Shown here piece by piece: positions 7,578-16,544 of a stretch of 19,064 nt of DNA (position 1 is its first letter; the number at the start of each line of letters is the position of its first letter). The DNA comes from Bdellovibrionota bacterium FG-2 (lineage in GTDB: Bacteria; Bdellovibrionota; UBA1018). The translations under genes were made by a program, and so were the position numbers. Location of the stretch: assembly GCA_051382305.1 (NCBI GenBank), contig JBBCAV010000190.1:1-19064 (forward strand), given 5' to 3'. The notes beneath the pieces were generated by a model. It saw nothing but the letters and a program-made list of their open reading frames with translations. It was not told the origin of the DNA and made no database searches.

Positions 7578-8209
7578 ATATCTTGGAAATCTCAAAGATT
7601 CTTATTACCTTTTTCCCAAAAGATCCACTTGAGAAACACTTGTTGCTTAGCGTTGTCAATTGGTTAGCAGAAGGAAAGGCTCTTCCGCTTATTGATATCT
7701 CACGACACCTCGGGTACTCACTTGAGAAGTTGATCGAACTTCTAAATGCACTTCCCAAAGTAGAATTCGACAGCACAGGGAATCTTGTTTCCATTGCAGG
7801 TATGTCTCTTTATGAAACGCCCTATCCTATGGATAGCGAGAAGTGCCGCTTATATGCGCAGTCCGGTTTGGATGCTGTTGTGGTTCCTATATTGCTTTTG
7901 ACTAAAATGGGAGTCTCACACCGTGCTCCTGGCGCTCCGTTGTCGGTATGCCTTCGCTTTGGATTTGATCAGGCTTTTACTCTACAGCCTGAGCAAACGG
8001 TGATTTCTTTTCCATCGCGCAAACTCACTTTAGACCACTTGCGAGCGAGCCCATCGGAGTTTCACCTGTTTCCAAACCCAGACACAGCAAGGAGGTGGCT
8101 GTGGCAGCACCCGGAGGGGATCATTCTTTCAGTAAGAAACGTGTTCACCGCCGCTGTTAATCTGAGAGAGTCGCTTATGGGTTCGAATGCCTGGATGCCA
8201 ACCCCGTAA
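7574..8209 (+). CDS. MerB (organomercurial lyase)-like protein lacking the catalytic cysteines
   Basis: LAEGK..., EFDSTGNLV, GMSLYETPY, RLYAQSGLD, FHLFPNPDTARRW..HPEG.ILSV align along the full length with MerB as recalled (LAKGRP, EYDKDGNII, GLTLRETSY, RLYAWCALD, VHFFASVPTAEDW). TTGA overlap with the upstream pseudogene stop. Confidence 0.8.
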   Translation: MNILEISKILITFFPKDPLEKHLLLSVVNWLAEGKALPLIDISRHLGYSLEKLIELLNALPKVEFDSTGNLVSIAGMSLYETPYPMDSEKCRLYAQSGLDAVVVPILLLTKMGVSHRAPGAPLSVCLRFGFDQAFTLQPEQTVISFPSRKLTLDHLRASPSEFHLFPNPDTARRWLWQHPEGIILSVRNVFTAAVNLRESLMGSNAWMPTP

Positions 8210-8230
8210 TAGTTGAGGAGCAAGATCAAT

Positions 8231-10543
8231 ATGACGAACATTTATAAACAATCGCTCGAATACCACGCAAAAGGACGAAAGGGAAAGATTGAGGTGAATG
8301 CTTCGAAAACCATGGCAACTCAGCATGACCTTTCACTAGCCTACACTCCAGGTGTTGCTGAGCCGTGTAGGATGATTGCAGAGCAGGAAGACCTAATCTA
8401 CGAATATACCGCCAAGGGAAATCTCGTGGCAGTGATCTCAAATGGAACAGCAGTGCTTGGGCTCGGCAATATCGGACCCTATGGTGCAAAACCCGTAATG
8501 GAGGGGAAAGCTGTCCTATTTAAGAAGTTTGCAGATATTGACGTGTTTGATATCGAGCTAAACGCTTCCGATCCTGACGAGGTTATTCGCGTGTGTCAGG
8601 CTTTGGAGCCAACCTTTGGAGGAATTAACTTAGAAGACATAAAGGCTCCTGAGTGTTTTTACATCGAAGAAGAACTCAAGAAGCGCCTCAAAATTCCAGT
8701 CTTCCACGATGATCAACATGGTACAGCGATCATTTGTGGCGCCGCTTTTTTGAACGCGCTTGAGGTTGTTGGAAAGCGCATTGATGAGGCCAAGTGTGTT
8801 TTTGTGGGGGGCGGGGCGGCGTGCATTTCTTCGGCCAAAATGTTCCTACAGCTAGGAGTGCGACGAGAGAACCTGATAATGACGGACCTCGACGGTGTGA
8901 TTTACGAAGGACGAGCGAAGGGTATGAACCCCTATAAGCAGGCTTTTGCTCGTAGCACATCCCTGCGGACGCTTTCGGATGCTTTGGTGGGTGCAGATAC
9001 TGTGGTTGGATTGTCAGCCAAAGGGGCACTTACTGGCCCAATGATTGGCGCGATGGCCCGTGACCCCATCATTTTTGCTATGGCAAACCCAGATCCAGAA
9101 GTGTTACCGGAGGAGGTTCTCGCAGTCAGGAAAGACGCGATCATGGCAACTGGGCGCTCCGATTATCCCAATCAAGTTAACAATGTTTTGGGATTTCCCT
9201 TTATCTTTCGAGGTGCGCTTGATGTGAGGGCGACGGCGATCAATGAAGAGATGAAGTTAGCAGCAGTGCGGGCGATTGCAGAACTTGCAAAGCAAGAAAT
9301 GCCTGAAAGCGTCGTACGTGCCTATGGAGGGCAGCGATTTCATTTTGGCAGGGAATATTTGATTCCAAAACCTTTTGACCAGCGTGCGTTGCTATGGGTC
9401 GCTCCTGCTGTTGCGGAAGCTGCAATGAAATCAGGGGTTGCAAGAATTAATCTAGATCTCGAAACGTATCGCGAGCGGCTGGAGAGTCTGCTTGGCGCGA
9501 GCTACACTTTTATGAGAGGTGTAAAAAATAGGCTGAAGGAAACCGTGTTTCGAGATCGACCTTATCGCCTCGCATTCCCGGAGGGCGAACATCCTACAGT
9601 CTTGCGGGCTGCTCAAATACTCATTGAAGAAAAAATAGCCGAACCGATTCTTCTGGGAGACGAGGGCCGCATTCGACAGCAGATTCGTGATTTAGAACTC
9701 GATCATTCGCTCAGCGGAATAGCGATTATCAACCCATTAAATAGCAAGTACGCCGAAGCGTACGCAAAACACCTGACAATGGTTCGTGCGCGAAAAGGAG
9801 TTACTTTGAATTGTGCCAGGGAACTTCTTCAGAGTGTGAACTATTTCGGTCCGATGATGGTCGAAATGGGTGATGCGGATGCTTTGCTAAATGGAGTATC
9901 TCAAAGCTATCCTCAAACCATTCGTCCGGCAATTCAGACGATCGGAGTGTTGCCGGACTCACGACTTGTTGGGGTCTACCTCGTGATGCTCAAAAAACGA
10001 ACATTCTGGTTTGCCGACACAACAGTGAATATTAACCCTTCGGCCGAAGAGCTAGCTCAAATCGCAATTCAAACCGCTCGCTTTGCATCGCAGTTTATGG
10101 TGGACCCCCCGAGAATTGCGATGCTCTCTTTCTCAAATTTCGGTTCCTCCAGTCATCCTTGTACCAAGAAAGTTCAGGATGCGACTGAAATGGTCCGTCG
10201 AGCGTGTCCCGATGTGATAATAGATGGCGAAATGCAGGTGGATACGGCGCTTAATCCGGAGATTTCGGCGAACAGTTTTCCCTTTAATCGGGTGCCGGGC
10301 GATGCCAACATCTTGATCTTTCCGGACCTTCAATCTGCAAATATCGCTTACAAACTTGTCGGACAATTGGCGCAATCAGAATTAATTGGACCCATTTTAC
10401 TTGGAATGAAGAAGCCCATATATGTCTTAGCCCAGAACTCATCCGTAACTGAAGTCGTAAATATTGCTACTCTTGCAGCAATGGGCGGTCAGACGCGGGT
10501 AAGGCATTTCGAACAATCTTATGATTCTTCATCTGCGGTGTGA
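8231..10543 (+). CDS. maeB: NADP-dependent malic enzyme with C-terminal phosphotransacetylase-like domain
   Basis: LSLAYTPGVA, KPVMEGK, INLEDI, FHDDQHGT, ATGRSDYPNQVNN; PTA-like part FPEGE, FADTTVN, SFSNFGS, DGEMQVD, GPILLG. GAGGAG at 8215-8220 favours ATG 8231. Confidence 0.97.
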   Translation: MTNIYKQSLEYHAKGRKGKIEVNASKTMATQHDLSLAYTPGVAEPCRMIAEQEDLIYEYTAKGNLVAVISNGTAVLGLGNIGPYGAKPVMEGKAVLFKKFADIDVFDIELNASDPDEVIRVCQALEPTFGGINLEDIKAPECFYIEEELKKRLKIPVFHDDQHGTAIICGAAFLNALEVVGKRIDEAKCVFVGGGAACISSAKMFLQLGVRRENLIMTDLDGVIYEGRAKGMNPYKQAFARSTSLRTLSDALVGADTVVGLSAKGALTGPMIGAMARDPIIFAMANPDPEVLPEEVLAVRKDAIMATGRSDYPNQVNNVLGFPFIFRGALDVRATAINEEMKLAAVRAIAELAKQEMPESVVRAYGGQRFHFGREYLIPKPFDQRALLWVAPAVAEAAMKSGVARINLDLETYRERLESLLGASYTFMRGVKNRLKETVFRDRPYRLAFPEGEHPTVLRAAQILIEEKIAEPILLGDEGRIRQQIRDLELDHSLSGIAIINPLNSKYAEAYAKHLTMVRARKGVTLNCARELLQSVNYFGPMMVEMGDADALLNGVSQSYPQTIRPAIQTIGVLPDSRLVGVYLVMLKKRTFWFADTTVNINPSAEELAQIAIQTARFASQFMVDPPRIAMLSFSNFGSSSHPCTKKVQDATEMVRRACPDVIIDGEMQVDTALNPEISANSFPFNRVPGDANILIFPDLQSANIAYKLVGQLAQSELIGPILLGMKKPIYVLAQNSSVTEVVNIATLAAMGGQTRVRHFEQSYDSSSAV

Positions 10544-11229
10544 GAAATCCTGTTTATGACAGACCTTAATCTCGAAACTTTTTCCCAAACTTCTATACAG
10601 CTCGAACCTGCCGGCTCCCTTTTTATTCGTTGGTAACATGGCGGGAACTCACCACCGAATCCATGATAGGTCGCAACCCTGGTCCCAACTCGAGCAGCCT
10701 TAAGTTTTGTCTGTACGGTTCTAACATAGCGTTTGAATTTGCTGGTATCTAGAGTCACTGTCCAATCAATCCGAATTGATTCGTTCACGTTTTCATAAAA
10801 GGGATTAAATAAGTAGTAAGCGTCAAAGATTGACCAATCAAGGTCGGCCATATTCCCCTGAATAAATTCTGTACGACTGGCTGTCATCTCCATCGCGGCT
10901 TTCTTTGCAAATTCTACAAAGTGAGGACGTTGCTCAACCCCTGTGAAATGCGCAGGACTTGCAAGTGACCCAACTATACAAAACTTCCCACTTCCGGAAC
11001 CCACATCAAGCACACGGGTGTCTGCATTTCTAACGAGCAGTGCGGCAATACGTAGGGCAACTCTCACTGGGGTCCAATGTCTTTTGGAGAGACCGCGGAT
11101 TGAATCTGAATACACTTGATCAAAAATACAATCTTCCGGCAATCGCCCAGTTTTAAGGTCTTCGGCAACCCCCTTCAGCAATTGGTTGCGTTTTTCTTCA
11201 TCGCTTATGTCCACAATTGCGGTTTGCAT
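10519..11229 (-). CDS. Class I SAM-dependent methyltransferase, paralog 2 (unknown substrate)
   Basis: HWTP, VLDVGSGSGK, GVEQR, YLFNPFYEN, TYHGFG. Start ATG 11229 (7 nt after the upstream stop) or ATG 11274 (overlapping). Confidence 0.88.
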   Translation of the reverse strand: MQTAIVDISDEEKRNQLLKGVAEDLKTGRLPEDCIFDQVYSDSIRGLSKRHWTPVRVALRIAALLVRNADTRVLDVGSGSGKFCIVGSLASPAHFTGVEQRPHFVEFAKKAAMEMTASRTEFIQGNMADLDWSIFDAYYLFNPFYENVNESIRIDWTVTLDTSKFKRYVRTVQTKLKAARVGTRVATYHGFGGEFPPCYQRIKREPAGSSCIEVWEKVSRLRSVINRISHTADEES

Positions 11230-11236
11230 TCTCGTG

Positions 11237-11986
11237 TCAATATCCACGCTGTCCCAATAAATCCAATATTCCATTCACAAACGTTAACGGATGAGGAGGG
11301 CACCCTGGAACGTATAGACTAGGTTTAAATTTTTCTAAGAAACTTCTGTCTAACTCGGTTGCGTGCTCGTAGATTCCCCCTGAAATAGCGCATGCCCCTA
11401 CGGAGATGACGAATTTTGGATCGGGCATACCTTCGTAGGCAAGAGATAAAGGACGAGCCATATTCTTTGTGATTGGCCCGCTGATGACCAAACCATCTGC
11501 ATGGCGAGGGGAGGCCACAAATTCAATTCCGAAACGGCCCATGTCAAAGTTTACATTGCCTAGGGCATTCAGTTCTAACTCGCATCCGTTACACCCCCCT
11601 GCTGATACAGATCGAAGTTTCAACGATCTGCCGAAAATGCGCTGAATTTCACTAGAAGGTTCCGGCAACGGGCGATCTGCCTTCTCTCTTACAATGAGTC
11701 CTTCCCGCCGGTCAGAAGCCATTCGGAAGCCATTGGTGAATACTATTTTTTTCTCAGGGCAAACTCGTGCGCAATCATCGCAAAAAATACATCGTCCCAG
11801 ATCGATTTGGAGAGGCACTGTCATAATCGCGTTTGTGGGACATGACGTGAGACAAGCAGTACATTCATTTTTACAAGCAGTAGCGCCAAGCTGGGGAAAT
11901 CCGCGAAATCCTTTCAGACAGGCATTACGAACATTTGATACGTACTGTTTCCCTTGGGAGATCCTTACTTTGAGTGCTTTAAGCAT
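11237..11986 (-). CDS. ehrS: Ehr small subunit: N-terminal 2[4Fe-4S] domain (HyfH/NuoI-like) fused to a HyfI/NuoB-like domain
   Basis: CKNECTACLTSCP and CIFCDDCARVCP; then AGGCNGCELE, ASPRHAD, GACAISGG, VPGCPPHP. Confidence 0.9.
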   Translation of the reverse strand: MLKALKVRISQGKQYVSNVRNACLKGFRGFPQLGATACKNECTACLTSCPTNAIMTVPLQIDLGRCIFCDDCARVCPEKKIVFTNGFRMASDRREGLIVREKADRPLPEPSSEIQRIFGRSLKLRSVSAGGCNGCELELNALGNVNFDMGRFGIEFVASPRHADGLVISGPITKNMARPLSLAYEGMPDPKFVISVGACAISGGIYEHATELDRSFLEKFKPSLYVPGCPPHPLTFVNGILDLLGQRGY

Positions 11987-11999
11987 GTTCTAACCCCAA

Positions 12000-13520
12000 T
12001 CACAAATCCTGTCCGCAATAAGAGAGGTCGAAACTCTTGTTACAGATTGGAAAGTCCGAAATTTCGTTTTCTCGGGCCGCTAGCGCCAGCGCAAACCAAT
12101 TGCGAAGCGATGGATCCTGAACTTTATAGTGGCACAGTTTTCCGTTCGAATCTGTTTGGAGGGAATGCATGACTTCGCCACGCCAGCCTTCAACCAAGGC
12201 AATAGCGATGGAGTCTGGTGTAGGTTTCTCAAGTGGCATTTTCCACGCTGAAGAGGGGGCATTATTCCACTTACTTACTACCATGAGCGCCGAGGACAAC
12301 CAATTCAATGACCCTTCGATTTCCCGAATTCGAAGCAGAGCGCGAGCCCAACAATCACCCGATTCTTCGAGAGCCTTCCAAATTGGGATTCTTGTGTAAA
12401 GTTCGCCTGAAAAACGAGTTCTTAAATCTAAAGGTATCCCCGCAGAGCGTGCAGCCATACCCACAAACCCCATTTCTAATGCAGTCTTGCTACTTATCCG
12501 TCCCGTGTCCTTCAATCGATGTTGAACTGTTTTTGAGTTTAAGAATAAGTCATTGATCGGCTGAAGATCAGTTTTAAGAAGTTGAAGTGCCTGCGTAACG
12601 TCTCTTAATAATTCTTCATTTAGATTAAACCTCACTTCGCCAGGACGGAGCCAACCTCGACCGAAGCGGCTTCCACATAAGAGCATCGAGGTATTGATCG
12701 CGGTTGTGCGCAATCGCCCATAGGTAGATCCCCCGGGAAGAAAAGCGATATCCGTAGACATCCCCGCAAGTCCGCCTAGGTGCATTGCGATGCGCTCAAG
12801 TTCAAGCGCGATACCACGAACAACATCGATTTCCCATGACGCGCTAATGCCGCACAAAGCTTCCCATCCCAAACAATAAGCCCACGTGTGTGCGACGCTC
12901 GAGTCTCCAGCAATCGTCTCAACAAGTGGAGCAAGAGCGCCGGGATTCTTTTGTAAAAGAAGACTTTCCACCCCACGGTGTTGATAACCTAACTGGATCT
13001 CTAGATGATGAACGGTCTCCCCATAACACATGAACCGGAAATGACCAGGCTCGATGACGCCCGCATGAATTGGGCCAACCCCTACTTCGTGAATTTCTTT
13101 GCCTTCAAGCTTATAAAAAGGATGAATCTCAAGGTGGGAGTCAAGAGATGAGGGGTAACGAACAGGCTTTAACCATGGATGCCCAACCGGATTAACCCCA
13201 TACTGTTCAAAACATTCCCGTTCAAAACAATGCATCATTGGGAATTCGGGAGTAAGCGAATGAAAGGTATCGCCATTTCTATACCTGCCACGCAACAATT
13301 GTAAAGATCCACGTGACTCGTCTGCCACCACTGCATTCAGATAGAGTTGATCAGCCGTCGAAGAGGGACTTCCAAAGAAGCCGACTAGGCGGCCCTTCCT
13401 CGACAAGCTGTTACGCAGCTGGTGCTGAAACTCGTGCATTTCCAGGGTAGGGAGCTCGGAAAGACGGCCTACAATTATGTTCGGGTGTCGCTTCTGTGTA
13501 GGCGCCGTCTTAATTGGCAT
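12000..13520 (-). CDS. ehrL: Ehr large subunit (HyfG/HycE-like NuoC+NuoD fusion) without NiFe ligands
   Basis: FERECFEQYG...GHPWLKP (NuoC-like); VGPIHAGVIEPGHFRF, LGYQHRGVE, ELERIAMH, GDCWAR, EGWRGE, DPS. L1 reads ETIAGDSSVAH and L2 reads SFDLSYCGQDL. Confidence 0.92.
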   Translation of the reverse strand: MPIKTAPTQKRHPNIIVGRLSELPTLEMHEFQHQLRNSLSRKGRLVGFFGSPSSTADQLYLNAVVADESRGSLQLLRGRYRNGDTFHSLTPEFPMMHCFERECFEQYGVNPVGHPWLKPVRYPSSLDSHLEIHPFYKLEGKEIHEVGVGPIHAGVIEPGHFRFMCYGETVHHLEIQLGYQHRGVESLLLQKNPGALAPLVETIAGDSSVAHTWAYCLGWEALCGISASWEIDVVRGIALELERIAMHLGGLAGMSTDIAFLPGGSTYGRLRTTAINTSMLLCGSRFGRGWLRPGEVRFNLNEELLRDVTQALQLLKTDLQPINDLFLNSKTVQHRLKDTGRISSKTALEMGFVGMAARSAGIPLDLRTRFSGELYTRIPIWKALEESGDCWARALLRIREIEGSLNWLSSALMVVSKWNNAPSSAWKMPLEKPTPDSIAIALVEGWRGEVMHSLQTDSNGKLCHYKVQDPSLRNWFALALAARENEISDFPICNKSFDLSYCGQDL

Positions 13521-14971
13521 TATTGGCCTCCCAATTGTGCGGCCACACTTTGCAGGAGGGCATTGGCACCTGCAGGGAGATAAACGCCGAGGCTAAGCAA
13601 TAAAACGATAAAAAAAAGATTCGGCAGTAAGGTATAAATGGACTCACCATGCAAACTTACTTCGTGATTGGGTTCGCCCCAGATCATTGGGAAAGTCGCC
13701 CTTCCCATCGCGACAAAAACAACAGTGGTTACTAGGCAAAAGAACGTGAAGACGGCAAAATGCTGGCCATCGATCATGCTTTTCATGATTAAAACTTCAC
13801 CAAAAAAACTCCCAAATGGGGCGAATCCGAGCAGTGCAAAAATGCCCACCATAAAAACGCCTCCGCTAAAGGGCATCGTTTTTATGAGGCCATGAAGGTC
13901 AGCAATGTTTTTCGTATGATATCGCGCCTTGATGTTTCCACAGGTCAGGAAAAGAACGGCTTTTACAAGCGCATTGCTAATTACGTAAAGTACAACGCCA
14001 TAGGCAGCACTCTTGCCGATGCCGAGCCCCACGGCAATCACGCCGGCATGATTTATCGAGGCGTAGGCGATAAGTCGCTTATAGTTCTTTGCGACAACAA
14101 TATGGAAAGCCGAGATCACTATTGAAACGAGTCCAATGACGATGAGTTCATAACGGATGAGCGGGGATTCCAAGGGCCTAAAATATTGAAATACGCGAAA
14201 GACAGCCAACATAGCGACATTAAATTGAATTGCTGAAAGAAGAACTGTGACAGAAGGAGGAGATAAGTCGTAGGCCTCAGGAAGCCACGAATACATGGGG
14301 GCAAGACCCAGTTTTGCGCCAAAACCAAATATCACGAACGCAAGACCCAGTTCCCTCCACGGATGCACGCCAAGAAATTCTTGTCTTGCAAAGAGTTCGT
14401 GAAAGTAAAAACTCACTTCGCCTCCGCCAACATGCCCATGCATTCCGATCGAAATAAAAATGAAGCCAACAAATGCCAAGCCTAAGCCTGCGGTTGAAAA
14501 AACAAAATATTTCCATGCCGCGCGAACTGATGGTGCTCCCTTTTGGTGGTATATGAGTGGCGCAATCGCAAGCGTCGTAGCTTCAAGGAGTAGCCACATT
14601 AAAATGAAATGATTGCTTAAGATAGCAAACGTTGAAATGGCATAAAATAGAAACGCACTTCGAATGAATTTTTGGATTTTTCGTACGGAAAAAGGGTTAG
14701 TCAAAGCACGGTTGTAAATATAAAGTGCAACACCAGTGAACACTGCTGAAATAAGTGCGATAAAAAGTCGGGAGGAGGTGTCATTCACCAGCAAATCATC
14801 AGAAAGCCGAATCACCTCTTCTCTTGACGTGGTCGCTAGTGAGATCGCTGCGCAAGTAAAACTCAGGATTGCGATACTCACGAACAGGAAAAGCGATCTA
14901 CGCATGCTTTTTCGGCCAAACGTCAAAGGGATTCCGGCTAGGGGAAGGATGCCAGACAGTATAAGAATCAT
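13520..14971 (-). CDS. hyfF: Ehr/hydrogenase-4 antiporter-like membrane subunit (HyfF type)
   Basis: WLLLEATT, AAWKY, GAKLGLAPMYSWLPEAY, KRLIAYASINH, APFGSFFGE; many TM segments. Confidence 0.9.
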   Translation of the reverse strand: MILILSGILPLAGIPLTFGRKSMRRSLFLFVSIAILSFTCAAISLATTSREEVIRLSDDLLVNDTSSRLFIALISAVFTGVALYIYNRALTNPFSVRKIQKFIRSAFLFYAISTFAILSNHFILMWLLLEATTLAIAPLIYHQKGAPSVRAAWKYFVFSTAGLGLAFVGFIFISIGMHGHVGGGEVSFYFHELFARQEFLGVHPWRELGLAFVIFGFGAKLGLAPMYSWLPEAYDLSPPSVTVLLSAIQFNVAMLAVFRVFQYFRPLESPLIRYELIVIGLVSIVISAFHIVVAKNYKRLIAYASINHAGVIAVGLGIGKSAAYGVVLYVISNALVKAVLFLTCGNIKARYHTKNIADLHGLIKTMPFSGGVFMVGIFALLGFAPFGSFFGEVLIMKSMIDGQHFAVFTFFCLVTTVVFVAMGRATFPMIWGEPNHEVSLHGESIYTLLPNLFFIVLLLSLGVYLPAGANALLQSVAAQLGGQ

Positions 14972-15609
14972 AGCACGTCCTTCTCTTCTTGCTGTAGCGC
15001 TTGTGGGGATTCAAGGACGGAGACTTCCAACTTCGAAAAATGTCGAAAAAATGTCACAATAGTCCAAATGCTCCAAATAAAGATCGCACTCAATCCGAAT
15101 TGAATCAGCAAACGTTCATGATGGGTGGCAAGTGTTTCCGTAAGAATAATTCCCGCTTCTAAGGTAAGTAGGCCAATAACTTGCCCTATTGGGGAAGACT
15201 GGTTTGCAAGGACGAAGAGGCCTGTCAGGCATCCTGCTGTTGCGGTTCCAAGTCGGATAGCACTTTGGAAATCAGTTTGAAAAATTGTCTGTCCAAACCA
15301 AAAGCCTGCGATCAGGAGAGCGAGTGCCATGGTCCAGACAACAAAATTTGCAGGAATTGTATCAAATTCGCGCTGCGTTCGGAATTTTTTCAAAATAGAA
15401 ATAAGACAAAATGGGATAATGAGCGAACGAAATACAATTAGATCTAGCGCTTGCATTCGTGTGGTCCATGAATCGAATTCTTCTCCTCTGACAAGGAGAA
15501 GGGCTGTAACCAAAGATTGCACAGCGAATGCCCAAATCGCGATCCTCCACGAAGCCATGAAAAGTGGGGTTATAAGCGCAAGAACATATCCAGTTAGAAG
15601 ATAAATCAT
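14968..15609 (-). CDS. hyfE: Ehr/hydrogenase-4 membrane subunit (HyfE type)
   Basis: Hydrophobic 213-aa protein with AFAVQS, IIP and QVIGLLTLEAGI. ATG 15609 forms an ATGA overlap with the hyfC stop. Position between hyfC and hyfF matches. Confidence 0.82.
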   Translation of the reverse strand: MIYLLTGYVLALITPLFMASWRIAIWAFAVQSLVTALLLVRGEEFDSWTTRMQALDLIVFRSLIIPFCLISILKKFRTQREFDTIPANFVVWTMALALLIAGFWFGQTIFQTDFQSAIRLGTATAGCLTGLFVLANQSSPIGQVIGLLTLEAGIILTETLATHHERLLIQFGLSAIFIWSIWTIVTFFRHFSKLEVSVLESPQALQQEEKDVL

Positions 15610-16544
15610 GGATGTCCCCGATGGAGCAAAACAAGGGATAGAAGTGAAGTGGCCCCGGCCAAAACTCCGGCAATCGCACAAGAAGAAACTGTCTTCATTC
15701 TTAACCGCGCGATTAGGGATTCAACAAGTCCGATGATAACCGTGATTCCTGCGATAATGGCTAACGAAAGGAACCAGCAGGCCAATGTGTTCTCGGCCAA
15801 ATCAAAGGGATTTAGAAGCGCCGAAATCACGCCAGCTATAAGTACAAGCTTCATGGCTGATCCGTATTGAACGGCGGCGAGTTCCGGTCCGCTATGGTCA
15901 AGGATCATTACCTCATGGATCATGGTCAGCTCGAGGTGGGTGTTGGGATCATCTATTGGCATGCGGGCCGCTTCAATTTGCAAAAGAACAAAGAGCGCAA
16001 GAAATAGTCCAAATCGAATAGGCCAAGCAAGTTCTCCGGTCTGTCCCGCTATAATAAGGCTGTGAAATGAATTAAATCCTGTTGAGATCGCAAGTGTTCC
16101 AACAGCAAAAAAGAAGGCGGGCTCAATCAGCGCTGAATATGTAGCTTCACGGCTGGCCCCCATTCCTTCAAATGAGCTTCCTGTATCTATTGCCCCTAGA
16201 ATAAGAAAGAAGCGCCCTAAACCCAAGAGGTAGGCAAAATAGACAAAATCATTTGAAAATGAAATGGGTGAAAAACCCGGTACGATTGGACTCAAGAAGG
16301 TGGCCAGAAAAGTTGTTACTAAGACAATCCAGGGTGCTAACTGAAAGATCCATGAACTTGTTTCACTATATACGGGTGTTTTCCTTAAGAGTCTACGAAG
16401 ATCAAAATAGAACTGATTCAATTGCGGCCCTTTTCTGCCAGCCCAAATCGCTTTAGTTCGATTGATCACACCTATGGCAAAAACAGGAGCAATTATGAGA
16501 GTCAGGAGATGAACCACAAGATTTATATTCAGCACTTTGCTCAT
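15606..16544 (-). CDS. hyfC: Ehr/hydrogenase-4 NuoH-like membrane subunit (HyfC/HycD type)
   Basis: GRKGP..Q.YFDL.RLLRK, DTGSSFEGMGASRE, EP, EAARMPIDDPNTHLELTMIHEVMILDHSGP, ES..ARLR. Confidence 0.93.
   Translation of the reverse strand: MSKVLNINLVVHLLTLIIAPVFAIGVINRTKAIWAGRKGPQLNQFYFDLRRLLRKTPVYSETSSWIFQLAPWIVLVTTFLATFLSPIVPGFSPISFSNDFVYFAYLLGLGRFFLILGAIDTGSSFEGMGASREATYSALIEPAFFFAVGTLAISTGFNSFHSLIIAGQTGELAWPIRFGLFLALFVLLQIEAARMPIDDPNTHLELTMIHEVMILDHSGPELAAVQYGSAMKLVLIAGVISALLNPFDLAENTLACWFLSLAIIAGITVIIGLVESLIARLRMKTVSSCAIAGVLAGATSLLSLVLLHRGHP

Noticed and set aside
7574-8209. Mercury-resistance locus
   Set aside because: Catalytic cysteines are missing and no other mer genes are present.
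15610-15681. N-terminal extension of hyfE in the ORF track
   Set aside because: Lies inside hyfC; ATG 15609 with an ATGA overlap is more plausible.
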